This document shows, piece after piece, positions 1 to 9,071 of a DNA stretch of 64,000 nt. Each line of letters begins with the position of its first letter. Within the stretch, counting starts at the first letter, position 1. The position numbers and the translations under genes are program-made. Under the pieces are notes generated by a model. That model saw nothing but the letters and a program-made list of their open reading frames with translations, did not search any database and was not told the origin of the DNA. The DNA is from Clostridia bacterium (lineage in GTDB: Bacteria > Bacillota > Sulfobacillia > SLMV01), in assembly GCA_003551215.1 (NCBI GenBank), contig PUMD01000133.1, positions 2,494-66,493 on the forward strand, read 5' to 3'.

Positions 1-986
1 AGGAGGCTCACTCCATGGGGCTGACTGGCCTGGTGAGTATGGAAGGTCCCCGTGCATTCAGCACTCTCAGCCGGTTGAACTCGCGTGGACAGCTTACTTT
101 GAGGGTGCGCTCGACGGTGGCTGATGAAGTGCTTACTTCCGCAAAGGAAGTGGGTGTCACCGGTGGCCTCGGAGACGGGCACCTCCGTATTGTGGGGGTC
201 AAAGTGTTGGCCGACGGTGCTTTGGGCTCACAGACTGCATACATGAAACAACCTTACTGCGGGCGCCAGGACAGCTATCGCGGAATCCTTGTTACTCAGC
301 CACAGAAGATGGATGAGGTGGTTGAGACAGCCGTACAGCTTCAGCTTATGCCGGTGATTCATGCCATTGGCGATGCTGCATGTGAAAAAGTCCTGGAGGT
401 TTTCTCCCGTGCCAGGGAAAAAGGGGCGGACCTGAGAATGCGCATGGAGCACGCACAGCTTCTGTCCTCAGGGCACTTCGACCGCATGTCCGAGCTTGGG
501 GTTATTGCTTCTGTGCAGCCGATGCATGCCGTGTCTGACCGCGATCTGGTGGATGATTACTGGGGTGAACGTGGTAAGAGAGCCTACGCCTTTCAGTCGC
601 TGCTAGATGCCGGGGTTAATCTGGCCTTCGGTTCCGATGCACCGGTGGATACCCTCGATCCGGTACAGGGAATACGTGCAGCAGTATTTCGGCGAGCCAG
701 CCGTGGCGAACAGCCATGGTACCCGGGGCAGTGCCTGTCGCCTCAGCAGGCCGTTTATGCTTACACCCGCGGTTCGGCGTACGCGGTGCGTGAAGAGAAC
801 CTGTGGGGGACACTGCGTCCGGGCTATCTCGCCGACTTCACCGTGTTGACGGAGGATTTTCTCACCGGGGAGGGTGATGTTGATAGGCTGTGGGAGTGCG
901 GCGTTCGCATGACGGTAGTCGGCGGGCGTGTGGTATATGATGCAGAGCAAACCGTCCCCACAGACAGCGAGGATACACCCAACTGA
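1..986 (+). CDS. Amidohydrolase-family protein (metal-dependent hydrolase, YtcJ-like); C-terminal part, 5' end lies outside the window
   Basis: The ORF is open from the window edge. It has the GSDAPV motif and the His/Asp pattern typical of amidohydrolase-3 C-terminal halves. Confidence 0.55.
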   Translation, partial: EAHSMGLTGLVSMEGPRAFSTLSRLNSRGQLTLRVRSTVADEVLTSAKEVGVTGGLGDGHLRIVGVKVLADGALGSQTAYMKQPYCGRQDSYRGILVTQPQKMDEVVETAVQLQLMPVIHAIGDAACEKVLEVFSRAREKGADLRMRMEHAQLLSSGHFDRMSELGVIASVQPMHAVSDRDLVDDYWGERGKRAYAFQSLLDAGVNLAFGSDAPVDTLDPVQGIRAAVFRRASRGEQPWYPGQCLSPQQAVYAYTRGSAYAVREENLWGTLRPGYLADFTVLTEDFLTGEGDVDRLWECGVRMTVVGGRVVYDAEQTVPTDSEDTPN

Positions 987-1070
987 GGGTCATCTTCCGG
1001 TTTGAGGCTGGAGTTTGGGGTAAGCTAGCGGATCGAATCATCCAATCTATCTGCAGGGAGCGGTCCGCTT

Positions 1071-1820
1071 GTGAGCACACTGTTGCTCCGGGTCCTCAAA
1101 TTTACAGCTGCTGCGGGAGCCATGAGTGGTGTGGGTGCCTTATTCCTCTCACTGTATGGTGAGGTGTCGCGGCGGATATACTGCAGCATTTTGGGTTTTT
1201 CCGCCGGAGTTATGATGGGCGTATCGACAGTCATTCTGCTTCCTCACGCACTGCAAATTGGCTCCCTGCCGGTAGTGCTGGTGGGTATGGTTGCCGGAGG
1301 ACTTTTTGCCACTTTGCTGGAGGTCGGCATTCCGCACATGGAGCCGCACTTCGGTGCAGACGAGTTTTCTCCAGGTTTGGGAGATGCTGTGGCCCTGGCG
1401 CTGGCGGTGGCGATTCACAACATTCCTGAGGGACTGGCCATGGGATTGGGTTTTGCTGCCGGGAATGGGCTCGGCCCACTGCTGGTCGTTGCTGTTGGCT
1501 GCCAGAACATCCCGGAAGGCCTGGCCATAAGCCTGCCGCTGCGGCGTAACGGTGTAGACCGGTGGAAGAGCGTCGCTTTTGCCACCCTGTCGGGTATGAG
1601 CGAAATGATAGGAGCCGCATTGGCGGTGGCAGCATCCAGATGGGCGGAGTCAATCCTGCCGGTTGGACTGGCATTTGCCGCCGGGGCATTGATTTACGTT
1701 ACTGCCGAACAGCTGATTCCGGAGAGCCATCACCGCGAGATGGGGATAGTTCCCAGCTGGGGCTTGGTGTTGGGGTTTGCCATGGTAATGGTCATCAGTG
1801 AGATGGGCATCGACTTCTGA
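1071..1820 (+). CDS. zupT: ZIP-family zinc transporter ZupT
   Basis: Polytopic membrane protein with HNIPEGLAMG and QNIPEGLAISLPL signature motifs of ZupT/ZIP. GTG start. Confidence 0.7.
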   Translation: MSTLLLRVLKFTAAAGAMSGVGALFLSLYGEVSRRIYCSILGFSAGVMMGVSTVILLPHALQIGSLPVVLVGMVAGGLFATLLEVGIPHMEPHFGADEFSPGLGDAVALALAVAIHNIPEGLAMGLGFAAGNGLGPLLVVAVGCQNIPEGLAISLPLRRNGVDRWKSVAFATLSGMSEMIGAALAVAASRWAESILPVGLAFAAGALIYVTAEQLIPESHHREMGIVPSWGLVLGFAMVMVISEMGIDF

Positions 1821-1960
1821 TGATCCTTCCTGATGCGGGCCGCTGCATGATATACTGTTGTCGTGCTTGATTGAGAGCCAACCGGGGTTTTGGGAGATCT
1901 GCCACAGGCTGAGCATTACCCCGGTAGATGGGCAGATGTGGGAGGTACGATATATTGCGA

Positions 1961-3130
1961 ATGTCAACCATGACAACAGGGGTCGCATGGACGATCAGGA
2001 GGGTTCTATGCCCCCTTTTGCTCGTTGCTTTAATGGTCTTTTTCGGGCGTGGAGTATCTGCCTCGCAGTCCGATAGTTCCTGGTGGATTCCTAATGAGCA
2101 GGAAATCGCAGCCGCCGTAGATTTTATGCAGCGCGATTTCGATCGAACGGTTCGGGGGCTTTATGTGCCCACGACCGTTATGCAGGATCCGGCAGGCCGG
2201 GAGAACATACTGGAGCTGGTGCGGAGCACGGAGATTAACTCGTTGGTCATAGATGTTAAGGATGACAACGGATGGATTACCTATGACAGTTCGCTTGAGG
2301 CGGTGCAGCAGGCCAGAGCGCGGGACAATCGGTTGGGCGATCTGGAGCAGCTGGCACGCGAACTTGAATCGGAAGGGATCTATGCCATTGCTCGACAGGT
2401 GGTATTTAAGGATTCCCGGCTGGCTGCTGCCCGACCGGAGCTGGCCATTCAGAATCGGGCTGGAGAAATATGGCGTGATAGCCTCGGTACCGGGTGGGTT
2501 GATCCGCACAGCAGGGAGGTTTGGGAGTACAATCTACAGGTCGCCTCCGAGGTGATCGAAGCCGGTTTCCCCGAGGTTCAGTTCGATTACATCCGGTTTC
2601 CCACCGATGGTCAGGTGGAGGCGGCAGTGTTTCTGTGGGAAGATGAATCGGCGAGCAAGTCTCAGGTTGTCGAAGGATTTTTGCGCAGAGCACGCTGGGA
2701 GCTTGCTGCCGAGGGGGGATGGATTTCTGCTGATGTTTTTGGGCTGGTGCCGTCCGTGGTTGATGACATGGGCATAGGTCAGCACTGGGAAGGTGTGGCC
2801 GCTGTAGTGGATTACATCTCGCCCATGATATATCCTTCGCATTACGGGCCGAATATTTACGGGTTGCCCGTTCCTGAAGCCGATCCATACTCAACTACCT
2901 GGCACTCAGTGCAGGATGGCATGCGGCGCCTTGAGGAGCCCGGCGCTGCGAAAATACGGCCGTGGCTGCAGGATTTTTCCGACGCCTACACTTATGGACC
3001 TGCCGAGGTACGGGCTTCCATCGAGGCCTCCTACGACTGCGAAGTGCACAGCTGGATGCTTTGGAATGCGCGAGGCACTTATACGTCCGAGGCGCTTGAG
3101 CCGCTTTGGCAGGAGTGGGAGGATGAGTGA
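1961..3130 (+). CDS. Secreted putative glycoside-hydrolase-like TIM-barrel protein (DUF4015/GHL-type)
   Basis: Signal peptide (RRVLCPLLLVALMVFFG...VSAS). Conserved DVKDDNG, FDYIRFP and WLQDF blocks typical of the uncharacterised GH-like family. Start ambiguous (TTG 1955 / ATG 1961 / ATG 1928). Confidence 0.45.
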   Translation: MSTMTTGVAWTIRRVLCPLLLVALMVFFGRGVSASQSDSSWWIPNEQEIAAAVDFMQRDFDRTVRGLYVPTTVMQDPAGRENILELVRSTEINSLVIDVKDDNGWITYDSSLEAVQQARARDNRLGDLEQLARELESEGIYAIARQVVFKDSRLAAARPELAIQNRAGEIWRDSLGTGWVDPHSREVWEYNLQVASEVIEAGFPEVQFDYIRFPTDGQVEAAVFLWEDESASKSQVVEGFLRRARWELAAEGGWISADVFGLVPSVVDDMGIGQHWEGVAAVVDYISPMIYPSHYGPNIYGLPVPEADPYSTTWHSVQDGMRRLEEPGAAKIRPWLQDFSDAYTYGPAEVRASIEASYDCEVHSWMLWNARGTYTSEALEPLWQEWEDE

Positions 3131-3247
3131 GATAAGCTGTCAAATGGGTAATGGTAATTTTGAATTTGCAGATAAAGATTGCGTCCGTCCGGACTGCGGC
3201 GGACAGTCCGACATCACTGTGACATTGGACAGAGGAGGAGATCGTGG

Positions 3248-5323
3248 GTGAATGGCTATAAGGTGGAGGACATCCGGAACATCGCTCTAATCTCGCATAG
3301 CGGAGCTGGTAAAACCAGCCTCGCTGAGACCATGCTTTTCCTTTCGGGGGGCCGTTCTCGCTGGGGCAGAGTTGACGAGGGCAGCAGCATACTGGACCAT
3401 GACCCGGAGGAAAAGGAAAGGCAGGTCAGCATCAACACAGCTATTGCTCCAGTGAAGTGGAATGGCTGCAAGATCAACCTGCTTGATACGCCAGGATATT
3501 TTGATTTCGTGGGAGAAGTTAAAGTGGCGCTTCGCGCTGCTGACGTTGCACTGGTTACTGTCGAGGGAGTCTCGGGGGTAGAGGTCGGTACCGAGCTGGT
3601 CTGGGGCTATACCGACGAGCTCAATCTGCCGCGCGTAGTGTTTGTCAACAAACTGGACCGGGAGAATGCGGATTTTTTCAAGGTGCTGGGGCAGCTGCGC
3701 GAGCACTTTGATAAAAAGCTGGTCCCCCTCCAGATTCCCATAGGTAAAGAGGACAATTTTTCAGGTATCGTCGACCTGCTTTCTGAGAGCGCCTTTTCCT
3801 TTGATGAGGAGGGGAATTCAGAACAAATTGCTATACCTGATGATTTGGCCGAGGACGTCGAGCAATATCGAGAGGAGCTGCTCGATGCTGTTGTAGAGCG
3901 CGATGATGAATTGCTGCTGATGTACCTCGAAGGGGAGGAGCTTGATCCGGAGGCTCTCAAAAAGGTTCTGAAAGAGGCGGTTGTTGAACAGGATATTGTT
4001 CCTGTTCTTTGTGGCTCGGCTATGACTGCCACCGGCATTACCGCTTTTATGGACTTTGTCGTCGACTATCTTCCTGCTCCATCTGAGCTGCCTGCCATTG
4101 GAGGAGAAGACCCGGAGAACAATGATGAGACAACCCGTGATCCTTCAGTCGAGGAGTCCTTCAGCGGGTTGGCATTCAAGACGATGACCGACCCCTATGT
4201 GGGCAGACTTACCCTGACCCGTATTTACTCAGGCCGGATCACTCCCGGGATGCGGATTCTTAACTCGGTAAAGGGAGAATCCGAGGAAATAGACCGCATA
4301 TTCGTACCAAAAGGGGATGACCAGGAAGAACTGTCTGAAGCTGTCGCCGGCGAGATTGTAGCTATTCCCAAGCTGCAGGTAAGCACTACCGGTGATACCC
4401 TGTGCAGCCTGGATGCTCCGATCGTCTATCCCAGTATTGAGTTCCCCGACCCGGTGTATTCAGTGGCAGTCCGTCCCGAAAGCAGAGGCGATGAGGATAA
4501 ACTGGGTTCTGGTCTGAGCCGCGTGGCCGAAGAGGATCCGACCTTCCATACTGAGAGAAACAGTGAGACTAATGAGCAAATTGTCTCCGGTATGGGAGAG
4601 ATGCATGTATCAGTCATGACTCAGCGGTTGAAGCGGAAATTTGGTGTCAGTCTCAAGTTGTCACCACCGAAGATTGCCTACCGGGAGACAATACGGAGAG
4701 CATCTGAGGCCCACTATCGTCATAAGAAGCAAAGCGGAGGGCGTGGCCAGTTTGGTGAGGTTGACATTCGCCTTGAGCCCATGGAGCGCGGTGGCGGTTT
4801 CGAGTTTGTTGATGACATTTTCGGTGGTGCTGTGCCCAGGCAGTTTATACCAGCGGTGGAAAAAGGTATAATCGAGTCCATGCAGGAGGGGCCTTTGGCT
4901 GGCTATCCGGTGACTGACATAAGGGCAACGCTGTTTGATGGCGGATATCATCCAGTGGACTCCTCGGAGATGGCATTCAAGATAGCTGCCTCCAGAGCTC
5001 TGACACAGGCCTTTATGGATGCCGCACCCGTTTTGCTGGAGCCCATTGTGCAAGTAACTGTGCAGGTTCCGGAAGAGTTTATGGGTGATGTCATCGGGGA
5101 TCTGAACCGAAAGCGTGGCCAGATCTTGGGAATGGAACCACGCGGCAAGTTCCAGGTGATCAAGGCCAGGGCTCCAGCTGCTGAGATGGTACGTTATGCC
5201 ATAGACCTGCGCTCTATAACTCAGGGACGCGGAACGTTTACCTCAGAGTTTGCTGCCTACGAAATGGTACCGGAACAGGAAGCCGAAAAAGTCATTGAAC
5301 AGGCCCAAAGCGAAGAAGAGTAG
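3248..5323 (+). CDS. Elongation factor G paralog (EF-G2-like translational GTPase)
   Basis: G1 motif AHSGAGKTSL, DTPGYFDF, NKLDR; full EF-G five-domain length (about 690 aa), but not the canonical fusA N-terminus. GTG start 7 nt after GGAGGAG. Confidence 0.7.
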   Translation: MNGYKVEDIRNIALISHSGAGKTSLAETMLFLSGGRSRWGRVDEGSSILDHDPEEKERQVSINTAIAPVKWNGCKINLLDTPGYFDFVGEVKVALRAADVALVTVEGVSGVEVGTELVWGYTDELNLPRVVFVNKLDRENADFFKVLGQLREHFDKKLVPLQIPIGKEDNFSGIVDLLSESAFSFDEEGNSEQIAIPDDLAEDVEQYREELLDAVVERDDELLLMYLEGEELDPEALKKVLKEAVVEQDIVPVLCGSAMTATGITAFMDFVVDYLPAPSELPAIGGEDPENNDETTRDPSVEESFSGLAFKTMTDPYVGRLTLTRIYSGRITPGMRILNSVKGESEEIDRIFVPKGDDQEELSEAVAGEIVAIPKLQVSTTGDTLCSLDAPIVYPSIEFPDPVYSVAVRPESRGDEDKLGSGLSRVAEEDPTFHTERNSETNEQIVSGMGEMHVSVMTQRLKRKFGVSLKLSPPKIAYRETIRRASEAHYRHKKQSGGRGQFGEVDIRLEPMERGGGFEFVDDIFGGAVPRQFIPAVEKGIIESMQEGPLAGYPVTDIRATLFDGGYHPVDSSEMAFKIAASRALTQAFMDAAPVLLEPIVQVTVQVPEEFMGDVIGDLNRKRGQILGMEPRGKFQVIKARAPAAEMVRYAIDLRSITQGRGTFTSEFAAYEMVPEQEAEKVIEQAQSEEE

Positions 5324-5346
5324 CCAGAGAAACTGCATTTCGAAGT

Positions 5347-5387
5347 GGGCACTGAGGGGGAAAACAAAGGACTCTTCAGTGCCCTTT
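5347..5387. terminator. Bidirectional rho-independent terminator between the EF-G paralog and the GGDEF gene
   Basis: Perfect 9-bp stem GGGCACTGA/TCAGTGCCC with a 19-nt loop, followed by TTTGTCTCC. Sits between the convergent genes. Confidence 0.5.
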
Positions 5388-6494
5388 GTCTCCTCCCTTG
5401 ATACGCCCATTTTCGGCCTTGCTTCTGTACATATCCATATCAGCCCGGTGAAAGAAGGTATGCAGGTCATCGTTTTGGCGAATCTCAGCAGTTCCGAGGC
5501 TGCAGCTTGCCGCCGGCGTGAAATCCTGCAATGCGGTTGAAATGGCCCTGTCGATCCTCTTTGCCATCTCCTCTGCCTCATCTTTGGGGGTGTGGGGCAG
5601 CAGTACGGCGAATTCATCGCCTCCCCACCTGGCCAGTGTGTCATCTGTGCGTATTGTTTGCTTGGTGATTCGGGCGAACTGTTTGAGCACTTTGTCACCG
5701 GCGAGATGGCCCAGGGAATCATTTATCTTCTTCAGATCATCAATGTCGAGAATCAGAATAGAGAGGGGAGAGCCCTCCTCCTTGGCCCTTTTCATCCACT
5801 GTCGTGCCTCCTGGTTGAATTTTCTGCGATTGTATAGGCCGGTAAGCTCATCTCGGGTCCAGGTCTGCATCAATTCGGAATTTTGCGCAAACTGAAGACG
5901 GGCCAGCCTTTCTTTTTGGTAAGAGCCTGCAGTCGTAATTACGACTGCCAGGTTGAGATAAATGGCTGCTGCAAGAAGCTGCATACTGTCGGTACCGCCG
6001 ACCATCCAGGTCGCCAGACCCAGAAAACCCAGCGTCAGCGCAAGGCAAACCGCTGTCCTGTAAATCCAGCGATTGGGCACAAGAGAAAACGCAAGAATCA
6101 GTGCCAGAACGCCGAAAGACTGCATGATAACATCGGGCGACTCGTAAACGGCAAAAATAGCGAGGAATGTAATGGAGGCCAATACCTTGTAGCCTGTTAA
6201 GACAGACACCAGTGTACAGTAATCATTGAGGTTATCCAACTGCAAATGCAGGGCAACAACCAGAACAAGGAATGACGAGCGCAGAAAAAGAGTGAAGCGG
6301 AAGATACGCAGGCTTTCTATGACGAAGTAGTCAGCGATTGAGAACAGAAAAAATAGAGAGCCAAATATCAAAAGGAGAGCCTTGGTATAATCGAAGATGC
6401 GGTGAAATTCGCGATTCCGGTACCGATCTTCCCGTCTGTGATCTGCCAGCTCCGGCAGCGGGAATCGGAACAGTCTGCTGTCAGGTGAAGCCAT
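5376..6494 (-). CDS. Membrane-anchored GGDEF diguanylate cyclase
   Basis: About 6 N-terminal transmembrane helices, then a GGDEF domain (LAGDKVL...RWGGDEFAVLL). ATG at 6494 has a GGAGGT RBS 7 nt upstream; the listed ORF extends to GTG 6524. Confidence 0.7.
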   Translation of the reverse strand: MASPDSRLFRFPLPELADHRREDRYRNREFHRIFDYTKALLLIFGSLFFLFSIADYFVIESLRIFRFTLFLRSSFLVLVVALHLQLDNLNDYCTLVSVLTGYKVLASITFLAIFAVYESPDVIMQSFGVLALILAFSLVPNRWIYRTAVCLALTLGFLGLATWMVGGTDSMQLLAAAIYLNLAVVITTAGSYQKERLARLQFAQNSELMQTWTRDELTGLYNRRKFNQEARQWMKRAKEEGSPLSILILDIDDLKKINDSLGHLAGDKVLKQFARITKQTIRTDDTLARWGGDEFAVLLPHTPKDEAEEMAKRIDRAISTALQDFTPAASCSLGTAEIRQNDDLHTFFHRADMDMYRSKAENGRIKGGDKGH

Positions 6495-6853
6495 TGTATT
6501 ACCTCCAGCTACTCTGAATTTCACAGTGGTGCCTCTGCGGTGTGTTCAAAGGATCAGACCGGTAGACCGAAGCCTCATCAATCAGTCTTGTGAAGGACAC
6601 ACTCAGCACCGAACGGACAGATGAAGGGTCGACCGACTGCGAAATTCCTCCATTATCTCATCCACCCAATCATACTTATACAGAACCAAGCAAGGTGAAA
6701 CAAGGCTGACTCATTGCCCGGCAGCGCCATTGCGATTGCTTGGGCATCCGTGCGCATGACAGATGAGCCTTCATATCTCACTCGGAGCCGACCAGAAATC
6801 TGCGGAAAGAAAGACGCTTTTTGTGATAATAGATGTTTACTTTTGTGTGGTTG

Positions 6854-6885
6854 TGCTATAATAATGATGGTCAGAGAACATCAAA
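6854..6885 (+). promoter_or_regulatory. ctsR operon promoter (-10) with overlapping CtsR operator
   Basis: Extended -10 TGcTATAAT (6854-6862). Immediately downstream is GGTCAGA-GAA-CATCAAA (6869-6885), matching the CtsR heptad direct repeat (A/GGTCAAA N3 A/GGTCAAA). Confidence 0.5.
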
Positions 6886-6913
6886 CACGTAAGGGTTATG
6901 GGGTGGCGATACA

Positions 6914-7375
6914 GTGGCCAACCTCAGTGATTACATTGAGAGATATCTGCGCAAACTGCTGCGGGAGGCAAACCGCAGCATGATTGAGGTTCAGCGAGCG
7001 ACGCTGGCCAATCGCTTCCGGTGCGTACCGTCTCAGATCAACTACGTACTGAAGACCCGGTTCACTCCGGAACGTGGTTACCTGATCGAAAGCAGGCGGG
7101 GAGAAGGTGGATACATACGCATAATCAAGATCTCCTCCGACTCTGAGCGAGACCTTCTGCTCAGCATGTTTCAGTCAGCCCAGGAGGGGGTGAGTCCGCA
7201 GAAGGCGGCAGGTTATGTGGACCGTCTCCGCGATGAGCGAGTCATTACCGCGCGGGAAGCAGATCTTATGAAAGTGGCACTTGGCGTTCGCGGAAGACGA
7301 GACTTGGATGACAGGCGGCGTTCAGAGATACTACGTGGATTGCTGAAAGTCCTGATGCGAACTGGTTCAGATTGA
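6914..7375 (+). CDS. ctsR: Class III stress-gene repressor CtsR
   Basis: Conserved VPSQINYVLKTRFTPERGYLIESRRGEGGYIRI block. GTG start. First gene of the ctsR-mcsA-mcsB-clpC operon. Confidence 0.85.
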   Translation: MANLSDYIERYLRKLLREANRSMIEVQRATLANRFRCVPSQINYVLKTRFTPERGYLIESRRGEGGYIRIIKISSDSERDLLLSMFQSAQEGVSPQKAAGYVDRLRDERVITAREADLMKVALGVRGRRDLDDRRRSEILRGLLKVLMRTGSD

Positions 7376-7400
7376 ACTTAATGCTGATGAGGAGGTGAGG

Positions 7401-7955
7401 GTGGTGCTGTGCGAGCGCTGCGAAAACAAAGAGGCCACGGTCACCATCAGTCGAATCACCAATGAGAAGAAGCACAAGATTCATCTGTGCAGCGATTGTG
7501 CGGCTGAGGAGGGATATTTCGCCTGGTCCTTCGAGCCGCAGTTCCCTGTGCACAGCCTCCTGAAGAGTCTGCTCAATGATATGTCTGGAAAAGCAGCAAG
7601 TCAGCGTCTTACTCCCGGGAGGACTGTTAGCTCGGATTGTCCGAACTGTGGTCGCAGCTACAGCGATTTTTCCCGCACCGGTTTTCTGGGGTGTGGACAA
7701 TGCTATGAGACATTCTCTGACACCATAAAGCCGCTGCTGCGTCGAATCCAGGGTGGGACCGTTCACCGTGGAAGCCGTCCCGGGGAGCAGTCCGAGGCTG
7801 CCCGGTCTGATATTCGGCAGCAAATGTCTGACACCAAGCATAGAATCAAAAAACTGAAACGGCAGCTGAAAGAGGCTGTGGATATGGAAGAATATGAACG
7901 TGCGGCTGAACTGCGGGATATGATCGCACAGCTGGAGGGCGAGGACCATGAGTGA
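7401..7955 (+). CDS. mcsA: Protein-arginine kinase activator McsA
   Basis: Two CxxC zinc-finger pairs (CERCENK...CSDCAAE; CPNCGRS...CGQCYETF) and a C-terminal UvrB/C-like motif (EEYERAAELRDMIAQLE). RBS GGAGGTG. Confidence 0.8.
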   Translation: MVLCERCENKEATVTISRITNEKKHKIHLCSDCAAEEGYFAWSFEPQFPVHSLLKSLLNDMSGKAASQRLTPGRTVSSDCPNCGRSYSDFSRTGFLGCGQCYETFSDTIKPLLRRIQGGTVHRGSRPGEQSEAARSDIRQQMSDTKHRIKKLKRQLKEAVDMEEYERAAELRDMIAQLEGEDHE

Positions 7956-9018
7956 AAAGCAGGCCCCCTTTGCAGAAAGAAGCAGCTTCTGGATGCGGGG
8001 GGGCGGACCTTCTGCAGACGTAATAGTATCAACCCGGGTTCGCCTGGCCAGAAACCATAAAAACGTGCCTTTTCCGCCGGAGATGGCCAAAGAGCATGCG
8101 GAGCAGGTCCTCTCACTGGCCAGAGACCTGAATGATTGCCTGCGGCGGGATTCGGAAGGCGAGTATGTGTTTGACTTTTGGCCCCTTTCCGAACTGGACG
8201 AGACGGACCGCTGGGTGCTGGTGGAAAAGCACTTGGTTAGTCCACAGCTGGTAAAGACTGCAGCACTAAGCGGTGTTATTCTGCGGTCTGATGATGCGGT
8301 CAGTATCATGATCAACGAAGAAGATCACTTTCGCATTCAATGTCTGTTTCCCGGGTTGAATCTCACCCATAGCAGAGAACTTGCTCAGCAGGTCGATCAC
8401 ATTCTGCATGAAGTGGTCAACTGCGCCTTTGATGAGCAGCTGGGTTATCTGACCACCTGCCCGACCAATCTGGGAACAGGCATGAGGTCTTCGGTGATGG
8501 CGCATCTTCCTGGGCTTGTTATGCTCAACAGGTTGGAGGATGTGATATCTGGGCTGAGTGAGATAGGTGCCACTGTACGCGGCTTATATGGTGAAGGCAC
8601 AGAGAGTCGAGGAGACCTGTTTCAAATATCCAATCGCATCACCCTCGGGCAATCAGAGTCCGAGATATGTGCCAATCTGCAGGCGGTTATCGGTGAAATA
8701 GTCAGAAAGGAGCGGTCAGCCCGGGAAGAAGCATACGGGCGCCGGCGAGATGAGCTGGAGGACAAAGTCTTCCGGGCTTACGGTATTCTGACCAATGCAC
8801 GGATGATCGAGACAAAAGAGGCCATGAGGCTGCTTTCGGCTCTCAAACTTGGCAGAGATCTCAATATAGTGACTCACGTCTCGCAGGATTTGTTTTCTCA
8901 GATGATGATACGTATGCGCCCGGCGCTGATTCAAAGCCGGGCGGGGACATCACTCGACCCCCGGCAGCGGGATATTCGCAGGGCATCCCTGATACGCAAT
9001 GCATTGCTGGATAGCTGA
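7948..9018 (+). CDS. mcsB: Protein-arginine kinase McsB
   Basis: Phosphagen-kinase-like core ([18 protein letters not shown]). Overlaps the mcsA stop (ATGAGTGA). Confidence 0.85.
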   Translation: MSEKQAPFAERSSFWMRGGGPSADVIVSTRVRLARNHKNVPFPPEMAKEHAEQVLSLARDLNDCLRRDSEGEYVFDFWPLSELDETDRWVLVEKHLVSPQLVKTAALSGVILRSDDAVSIMINEEDHFRIQCLFPGLNLTHSRELAQQVDHILHEVVNCAFDEQLGYLTTCPTNLGTGMRSSVMAHLPGLVMLNRLEDVISGLSEIGATVRGLYGEGTESRGDLFQISNRITLGQSESEICANLQAVIGEIVRKERSAREEAYGRRRDELEDKVFRAYGILTNARMIETKEAMRLLSALKLGRDLNIVTHVSQDLFSQMMIRMRPALIQSRAGTSLDPRQRDIRRASLIRNALLDS

Positions 9019-9071
9019 GATCAACGGAGAGTGAAGCTGCGCCGAACTACTCAACCAAGGAGGGAAGGATA

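Noticed and set aside
6714-6983. 89-aa plus-strand ORF spanning the ctsR promoter and operator
   Set aside because: It overlaps the CtsR box, the -10 element and the first 70 nt of ctsR in another frame. It has no RBS and no family resemblance, so it is treated as a spurious high-GC ORF.
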